Virus record (IMG/VR): IMGVR_UViG_3300042691_042003
Coordinates: 1-64,000 of that record
Direction: 5' to 3' (one strand)
DNA length: 64,000 nt
Shown here: positions 58,360 through 64,000 of the stretch, piece after piece
Numbering within the stretch: position 1 is the stretch's first letter
How the letters are laid out: each line of letters starts with the position of its first letter
Position numbers and translations under genes: made by a program
Notes under the pieces: model-generated
Databases searched by the model: none
What the model saw: the letters and a program-made list of their open reading frames with translations, nothing else
What the model was told of the DNA's origin: nothing

Positions 58360-58803
58360 ATGAAATTCTTAAAAATAAGAGATGTAAAAACTCCAACTAG
58401 AGGAACTCCTCAATCAGCAGGAATCGATCTTTATATTCCTAACGATTTTCCTGAAACTACAATTCTACCTGGTCTTTCTACTTTAATTCCTTCTGGATTA
58501 AAAGTAAATGTTCCGGAAGGACACGCCTTTATTGCATTTAATAAATCTGGTGTAGCTACTAAGAAAGGACTTCAAGTTGGTGCTTGTGTAATAGATGAAG
58601 ATTATCAAGGAGAAATTCATATTCATCTTACGAATGTAGGAGATGAATCACAAATCATTAATCCAGGTGATAAAATTATTCAATGCGTTCTCCTGCCTGT
58701 TAATTATGAAACAGTTGAATTAGTAGAATCAGAAGAAGAACTTTGGAATGGTGAAATTACTCAAAGAGGAGAAGGAGGATTTGGTTCAACCGATCATAAA
58801 TAA
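58360..58803 (+). CDS. dut: Trimeric dUTPase
   Basis: Motifs 1-5: SAGIDL, KSGVA, VIDEDYQGEI, KIIQ, RGEGGFGST. Confidence 0.95.
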   Translation: MKFLKIRDVKTPTRGTPQSAGIDLYIPNDFPETTILPGLSTLIPSGLKVNVPEGHAFIAFNKSGVATKKGLQVGACVIDEDYQGEIHIHLTNVGDESQIINPGDKIIQCVLLPVNYETVELVESEEELWNGEITQRGEGGFGSTDHK

Positions 58804-58805
58804 TT

Positions 58806-59024
58806 ATGGAAAATATGAAATTAAATGTGGATTTGGCAAAAAATTCCACAGCAGTTAAATGTCAAAACGAAGAATGTGAAAGTGATCTTTTTAGAGAAGT
58901 AGCTTATCTTCGTAAAATTTCAAAATTATTTACAGGAGCACCTAACGATACTTATGTTCCTATTCCTGTGTTCCAATGTTCGGTTTGCGGGCATATAAAT
59001 AAAGAATTTATCCCAAAAATTTAA
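58806..59024 (+). CDS. Small zinc-ribbon protein
   Basis: CQNEEC...FQCSVCGH. Confidence 0.7.
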   Translation: MENMKLNVDLAKNSTAVKCQNEECESDLFREVAYLRKISKLFTGAPNDTYVPIPVFQCSVCGHINKEFIPKI

Positions 59025-60409
59025 TGATACTTGACGTAGAAGTTAACGATAACGATTTAGTTATTTCCTACTTCGATAAAGAAGGGAAGTCTAAAATCAA
59101 AAGATTTGACATACCCAGTCCTACTAATTGGACTATCTGTTCAGAACATGATCCTAAAAAAGATCCTAATTTTAAGAATTGGGATGGTAAAAGTGTAAAG
59201 AAAATTCAAGAAAAAAGATTTAATAAATGGTCGATTTATGAATTTATTCATACTTTACCAAAAGAAGATCGAGATGAATTATCTGCACTTAATTTTCCCA
59301 AAGTTCAATCGATAGATATCGAAACTGAAATTATCGATTCATTTCCAGTTCCTGAAGTTGCTCGTGAAAGAATTACAACTATTGCAATTGCAACAGAATC
59401 TAATTCTACTATCGTTTTAGGATGGAAACCAATCGATAAAAAACAAGAAAAAGAAATTTTTGATAAACATCAAGAATATCTAAAAGGATTTGGTGATTGG
59501 TCATTCAAATATATTTGTTTTGAAGACGAATATAATATGATGTATACATTCATCAATAAATTCCTACCTAATTTTTCTCTTGTCATCGGTTGGAATTTCA
59601 TGGGTTTTGACTGGAAATACATCTTTAATCGTTGTAAAAGATTAGGAATTGATGTTAGAATGGCATCTCCTTCTCATAAACTTCAAGGAAACGATAATAT
59701 TCCTGTTCATGTAGGAATGGTCGATTATCTAGATATTTATCGTCGATGGGATAGAACTGTTGCAATTAAAGAAAGTAATTCTCTAGATTTCGTTTCTAAT
59801 GCAGTCTTAGGTGTAACAAAATTAAAATATAATGGAACACTTAAAGAATTGTATGACCAAGACTATGATAAATATATTTTATATAACGCAATCGATGCTT
59901 CGCTTGTATGTTTAATACATAAGAAATTAAAAACTTTAAATTCAGTCTTATCTGTGTCTTCTTTATGTAATCTTTCAATCTACAAAGCTTCATCAGCGGT
60001 TAATCTGACTGAAGCTCTTCTCTGGAAAGGTTATTACGAAAGAAATCTTGTTATTGCAGACAGAAAGGTAGAAACTCCTCGAGGTGCATATGAAGGTGCC
60101 TATGTTAAAGAACCTGAGCCAGGTATGTTCCGAGCTGTAACTTGCTTCGATTATGCCTCTCTATATCCTTCAATTATGCGACAGTTTAATGTTTCTCCTG
60201 AATCTTTTATTGTAAAAACTCAAGATTCTAAAAAACTAGATAAACATAAAGAAGATCCAAATTATATAGTTTCGGTTAATGGTGCTATTTATGATAATAA
60301 AGAAGTATCCGTCTTAAAGGAAATTCTTACGAATTTATATTCAGAACGTAAAAGAAATAAGAACAGACACCTAGAGATCGAAAGAAAACTAGCAAAAATA
60401 AAAAAATAA
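59024..60409 (+). CDS. Family B DNA polymerase, N-terminal subunit (exonuclease + motif A; gp43A-like)
   Basis: ExoI DIETE, ExoII GWNFMGFD, ExoIII YNAID and motif A FDYASLYPSIM; it stops in the fingers before KxxxNSxYG and YxDTDS. Confidence 0.9.
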   Translation: MILDVEVNDNDLVISYFDKEGKSKIKRFDIPSPTNWTICSEHDPKKDPNFKNWDGKSVKKIQEKRFNKWSIYEFIHTLPKEDRDELSALNFPKVQSIDIETEIIDSFPVPEVARERITTIAIATESNSTIVLGWKPIDKKQEKEIFDKHQEYLKGFGDWSFKYICFEDEYNMMYTFINKFLPNFSLVIGWNFMGFDWKYIFNRCKRLGIDVRMASPSHKLQGNDNIPVHVGMVDYLDIYRRWDRTVAIKESNSLDFVSNAVLGVTKLKYNGTLKELYDQDYDKYILYNAIDASLVCLIHKKLKTLNSVLSVSSLCNLSIYKASSAVNLTEALLWKGYYERNLVIADRKVETPRGAYEGAYVKEPEPGMFRAVTCFDYASLYPSIMRQFNVSPESFIVKTQDSKKLDKHKEDPNYIVSVNGAIYDNKEVSVLKEILTNLYSERKRNKNRHLEIERKLAKIKK

Positions 60410-60412
60410 TTT

Positions 60413-61414
60413 ATGGCTAAAATTTTCGAAGAGAGGATAGAGTATAAACCATTTGAATATCCTGTTTATTATACTGAAGGATGGTTGAAACAAATGCAAG
60501 CTTTTTGGTTACATACTGAAATTCCAATGCAAGGAGATGTTAAGGATTGGAAAGAACATCTTAATGCTTCCGAAAAAAATCTTGTAGGTAATATCCTTCT
60601 TGGATTTGCACAAACCGAATGTGCAGTATCTGATTATTGGACAGGAATGGTTACAAAATGGTTTCCGAAACACGAAATTAAGCAAATGGCCATGGCTTTT
60701 GGTTCTCAGGAAACTATTCATGCTACAGCATATTCTTATCTAAACGAAACACTTGGATTAGAAGATTTCAAAGCTTTTATGCATGAGCCTTCTATTGCCG
60801 AAAAATTCGAATATCTGATTTCTACTGAAGCAGATTATACAGCTGAAGATCTAATTAATTCTGCTAGAGCTAGAAAAGATGTTGCAAAATCTATTGCTAT
60901 ATTTTCTGCTTTCGCTGAAGGAGTTTCTCTTTATTCTTCTTTTGCTGTTCTTTATTCTTTTCAAATGAGGAATCTTCTTAAAGGAATAGGTCAACAAATG
61001 AAATGGTCTGTAAGAGACGAATCTCTCCATTCAAAAATGGGTTGTCAACTTTTTCGTCACATGTGTGAAGAATATCCTAATTTGAAAGATGAAGTTCAAT
61101 CTGAAGTTGAATATGCGGCCGAACTTATGGTTGATATGGAAGAGAAATTTATTGATAAAATGTTCGAAATGGGAGATTTAGAAAATCTAAAAGCTAAAGA
61201 TCTTAAGAATTTTATCCGTAGAAGAGCTAATGAAAAGCTAGTAGAATTAGGTTATCAATCTAAATTTAATTTTGATTATAAATCAGCTGAAGAACTTTCA
61301 TGGTTCGATCATTTAACTGGTGGAGTAACTCATACAGATTTTTTTGCTATGAGAAGTACGGATTATTCAAAAGCCGGTGAAAATGAAAGCTGGGACGAGG
61401 ATGATATCTTCTAA
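60413..61414 (+). CDS. nrdB: Class I ribonucleotide reductase beta subunit
   Basis: AQTE, ETIH..AY, AEG, DESLH metal-binding motifs. Confidence 0.95.
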   Translation: MAKIFEERIEYKPFEYPVYYTEGWLKQMQAFWLHTEIPMQGDVKDWKEHLNASEKNLVGNILLGFAQTECAVSDYWTGMVTKWFPKHEIKQMAMAFGSQETIHATAYSYLNETLGLEDFKAFMHEPSIAEKFEYLISTEADYTAEDLINSARARKDVAKSIAIFSAFAEGVSLYSSFAVLYSFQMRNLLKGIGQQMKWSVRDESLHSKMGCQLFRHMCEEYPNLKDEVQSEVEYAAELMVDMEEKFIDKMFEMGDLENLKAKDLKNFIRRRANEKLVELGYQSKFNFDYKSAEELSWFDHLTGGVTHTDFFAMRSTDYSKAGENESWDEDDIF

Positions 61415-61421
61415 GACAATC

Positions 61422-61442
61422 TCAAGGACAAAATGTCCTTGA
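61422..61442. promoter_or_regulatory. Perfect 9-bp inverted repeat after nrdB
   Basis: TCAAGGACA-AAA-TGTCCTTGA, with no U-tract. Confidence 0.5.
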
Positions 61443-61460
61443 TAAAATAATTAAAATTTT

Positions 61461-61577
61461 ATGAAAGGAATTTTAAGAGTTATAGGTATTTTAGTTTTGG
61501 CTTTTACATTTAGTGCTTGTACTTGTACACCTAAATCATGCCCTACTTACGAAAAAATAAAAATAAATGGAAAATAA
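61461..61577 (+). CDS. Unannotated 38-aa predicted lipoprotein
   Basis: MKGILRVIGILVLAFTFSA-C-TCTPKSCPTYEKIKINGK: basic N-region, hydrophobic core, lipobox FSAC; overlaps the nrdA start by 11 nt. Confidence 0.65.
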   Translation: MKGILRVIGILVLAFTFSACTCTPKSCPTYEKIKINGK

Positions 61578-63351
61578 AAAACATTACGGAGAACAATTTG
61601 GTTGGGAATTAGGAGTAGATTATCCGATCTGGGGTAACACTGAAATTTATGTTAAAACTATTAGCAAAGGTTATCTTCTTCCAGGAGAAACACCAAAAGA
61701 TGCTTATTGGAGAGTTTCTTCTACTGTTGCAAAGCGTTTAAGTAAACCTGAATTAGCTTCTAAATTTTTCGATTATATTTGGAAAGGATGGCTTAATTTA
61801 GCTACTCCAGTTCTTTCAAATACAGGAACCGAAAGAGGTCTCCCTATTTCATGTTTTGGTATTGATGTTGCTGATTCTATTAATGATATCGGTAAGAAAA
61901 ATTTAGAAATGATGCTTCTTGCTAAGCATGGTGGAGGTGTAGGAATTGGAATAAATCAGATCAGATCTGCAGGATCTCCTATTAAAGGAAATGGTACATC
62001 AGATGGAGTAGTTCCTTTTTGTAAAATTTACGATTCAACAATTCTTGCAACTAGTCAAGGTTCAGTAAGAAGAGGTGCCGCTTCTGTTAATATTGATATC
62101 GAACATGGAGATTTTTGGGAATGGTTAGAAATTCGTGAACCAAAAGGTGATGTTAATAGACAATCTTTAAATCTTCATCAATGTGTTGTAGTTTCTGATT
62201 CATTTATGCAAAAAGTTGAAGCAGGTGATAAAGAAGCTAGAGCAAGATGGACAGCCGTTCTTCGTAAACGTAGAACAACTGGAGAACCTTATATTATGTT
62301 TAAAGGAAATGTAAATAGAAATAATCCAGAACCTTATAAGAATTCAGGATTAAAAGTTTACATGACTAATATTTGTTCAGAAATTACTCTACATACTGAC
62401 GAATCTCATTCTTTTGTTTGTTGTCTTTCTTCTATTAATCTAGCTAAGTATGATGAATGGAAAGACACAGATCTTATCTATACTTCTACTTGGTTTTTAG
62501 ATGGTGTAATGGAAGAATTTATTCAGAAAGCAAAATATATGAGTGGTTTTGGTAATTCTGTTAGATCTGCTGAAAAAGGAAGAGCTTTAGGTTTAGGAGT
62601 TCTAGGTTGGCATACTTATCTTCAAGAAAATGGAATTCCTTTTGAAGGACTTCTTGCTCAATATGAAACTCGTAAAATCTTTTCACAAATTAAGCTAGAA
62701 TGTGAAAGGGCAAGTAGAGATATGGCAAGAGAATATGGTGAACCTCTTTGGTGTGTAGGAACCGGAATGAGAAATACACATACTCGAGCAATTGCACCTA
62801 CAGTCTCTAATTCAAAGCTTTCAGGTAATATTTCACCTGGAATCGAACCTTGGGCAGCTAATGTATTTACTGAACAAACTGCAAAAGGAACTTTTATCCG
62901 TAAAAATCCTACTTTGAAGAAATATCTTAAGAAAATGAAAATGGATAATGAAACTGTTTGGAATCAAATTCTTTCCGATGGAGGTTCTGTTCAAGGATTA
63001 GATTTTCTAGATAAATGGTTCTTTGTAGACGGTAAGCTAATTGAAATTATTGATGATTCTGTTAATTTCGATGATAAAATTCCTTTTAAAGAAGTTTTCA
63101 AAACATTCAAAGAAATTAATCAATTAGACCTTGTAAAACAAGCAGGATTAAGGCAACAATATGTAGATCAATCAGTTTCACTTAATTTAGCCTTTCCTAC
63201 AGAAGCTTCTCCTAAATTTATAAACCAAGTTCATATGGAAGCATATAAACAAGGAATTAAAACACTTTATTACATGAGAACTGAATCTGTTCTTCGAGGC
63301 GATATTGCTCAAAAAGCTCTCGATCCGGATTGTCTTTCATGTGATGGCTAA
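61567..63351 (+). CDS. nrdA: Class I ribonucleotide reductase alpha subunit (no ATP cone)
   Basis: ISCF, TNICSEI, CCLSSIN, IAPT, LYYMR and C-terminal CLSCDG. Confidence 0.95.
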   Translation: MENKKHYGEQFGWELGVDYPIWGNTEIYVKTISKGYLLPGETPKDAYWRVSSTVAKRLSKPELASKFFDYIWKGWLNLATPVLSNTGTERGLPISCFGIDVADSINDIGKKNLEMMLLAKHGGGVGIGINQIRSAGSPIKGNGTSDGVVPFCKIYDSTILATSQGSVRRGAASVNIDIEHGDFWEWLEIREPKGDVNRQSLNLHQCVVVSDSFMQKVEAGDKEARARWTAVLRKRRTTGEPYIMFKGNVNRNNPEPYKNSGLKVYMTNICSEITLHTDESHSFVCCLSSINLAKYDEWKDTDLIYTSTWFLDGVMEEFIQKAKYMSGFGNSVRSAEKGRALGLGVLGWHTYLQENGIPFEGLLAQYETRKIFSQIKLECERASRDMAREYGEPLWCVGTGMRNTHTRAIAPTVSNSKLSGNISPGIEPWAANVFTEQTAKGTFIRKNPTLKKYLKKMKMDNETVWNQILSDGGSVQGLDFLDKWFFVDGKLIEIIDDSVNFDDKIPFKEVFKTFKEINQLDLVKQAGLRQQYVDQSVSLNLAFPTEASPKFINQVHMEAYKQGIKTLYYMRTESVLRGDIAQKALDPDCLSCDG

Positions 63352-63400
63352 GATATCCTTTCGCCGTATACGAAGGTATAAAAAATGTTAATAATTTTTT

Positions 63401-63430
63401 ACCCGAGATTTTTTTATCTCGGGTTTTTTT
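63401..63430 (+). terminator. Intrinsic terminator after nrdA
   Basis: ACCCGAGAT-loop-ATCTCGGGT followed by a T run. Confidence 0.85.
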
Positions 63431-63449
63431 ATTATATTAGCTTATCAAA

Positions 63450-63457
63450 CATATAAT
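63450..63457 (+). promoter_or_regulatory. CATATAAT putative promoter box
   Basis: Same core as at 9633, 17640, 49798 and 58336; follows a terminator. Confidence 0.5.
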
Positions 63458-63461
63458 ATAT

Positions 63462-63866
63462 ATGACTACAAACGAAAAATATGCAATGAATCGTACCATT
63501 GGTATATTCATGGGAGGTGAAATTATCGGTACAGAATCTTATGATAGAGGAGGATCCGAACTTGTTATTGAAAGATGGAAAGTTCCTCAAGGAATTGCTG
63601 CTTATGATGATAGTGCAAAAATAGGATATTTTCATTATGATCTTCATTGGGATCGTTTAATGTCGGTTATAGAAAAAATTGAAGAAATGGGACATTCAGT
63701 TATAATTTCTAGAACCACATGTAAAATTGTAGAAGATTTTAAAATCTATCCTATAATTGATAAGACTTCCGATGAGAAAATAGATGCTGTTTATTTAGCA
63801 ATCTGTGAATTTGTTAAGAAACATAACCATGAGCAATTTTTAGAAGATTTAAAAAATGAAAAATAG
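63462..63866 (+). CDS. Hypothetical phage protein
   Basis: 134 aa with HWDRLMSVIEKIE; no function recognised. Confidence 0.65.
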   Translation: MTTNEKYAMNRTIGIFMGGEIIGTESYDRGGSELVIERWKVPQGIAAYDDSAKIGYFHYDLHWDRLMSVIEKIEEMGHSVIISRTTCKIVEDFKIYPIIDKTSDEKIDAVYLAICEFVKKHNHEQFLEDLKNEK

Positions 63867-63891
63867 AATAACTCTTTCTGATATAATTCTA

Positions 63892-64000
63892 ATGGATCGA
63901 AAAATCCGTAGAGATATTGAAATAGAAGCAGGAATGAATCGATCTTCCCTTCGAATTCATCGTTCTAAGAAAACTTATACAAGGAAAAACAAACATAAAT
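63892..64000 (+). CDS. Small basic protein with ArfA-like tail (3'-truncated)
   Basis: MDRKIRRDIEIEAGMNRSSLRIHRSKKTYTRKNKHK..., preceded by GATATAAT. Confidence 0.45.
   Translation, partial: MDRKIRRDIEIEAGMNRSSLRIHRSKKTYTRKNKHK

Noticed and set aside
61422-61442. NrdR box or terminator
   Set aside because: It does not match the NrdR consensus and has no U-tract; kept only as an inverted repeat.
52561-63351. Inteins, introns or homing endonucleases in uvsW, polymerase or nrd genes
   Set aside because: Lengths and motif spacing are uninterrupted; no splicing motifs or LAGLIDADG/HNH/GIY-YIG motifs were seen.
63352-63400. Possible tRNA or structured ncRNA after nrdA
   Set aside because: Only a short imperfect hairpin and an 8-bp palindrome are present; it is too short and has no cloverleaf.

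Overview
A 64 kb, strongly AT-rich, almost entirely plus-strand fragment of a large T4-like contractile-tailed (jumbo-type) bacteriophage genome, read with the standard code 11. The likely host is a Bacteroidota species (inferred from Shine-Dalgarno-free A/T-rich leaders, a Bacteroidota-style N-terminus on a phage ribosomal protein S1, and the RNR type). Positions 1-47 kb are virion morphogenesis genes: a 5'-truncated collagen-like fibre of more than 3200 aa, baseplate genes (gp53-, hub-, gp5-, gp25-, gp6-like), a neck protein, very large tail/baseplate proteins, a tail fibre, a spanin-like protein and a tail-tube-like protein. A four-domain ribosomal protein S1 and a degenerate amidoligase-like gene are inserted among them. 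Positions 47-64 kb hold replication and nucleotide genes (RuvC-like, gp32 SSB, primase, UvsY, UvsW, dUTPase, the N-terminal half of a split family B DNA polymerase, nrdB, nrdA). These are interleaved with two clusters of small genes sharing an N-terminal motif like the T4 capsid-targeting sequence. The most notable observations are this putative capsid-cargo tag on unrelated domains, a G-x-T motif scattered through virion proteins but not enzymes (candidate glycosylation sequon), the split polymerase, phage S1 plus an ArfA-like peptide, and an unannotated mini-lipoprotein between nrdB and nrdA. No tRNA, rRNA, CRISPR array, intein or integrase was seen. All family assignments come from motif recognition by eye, not database searches.
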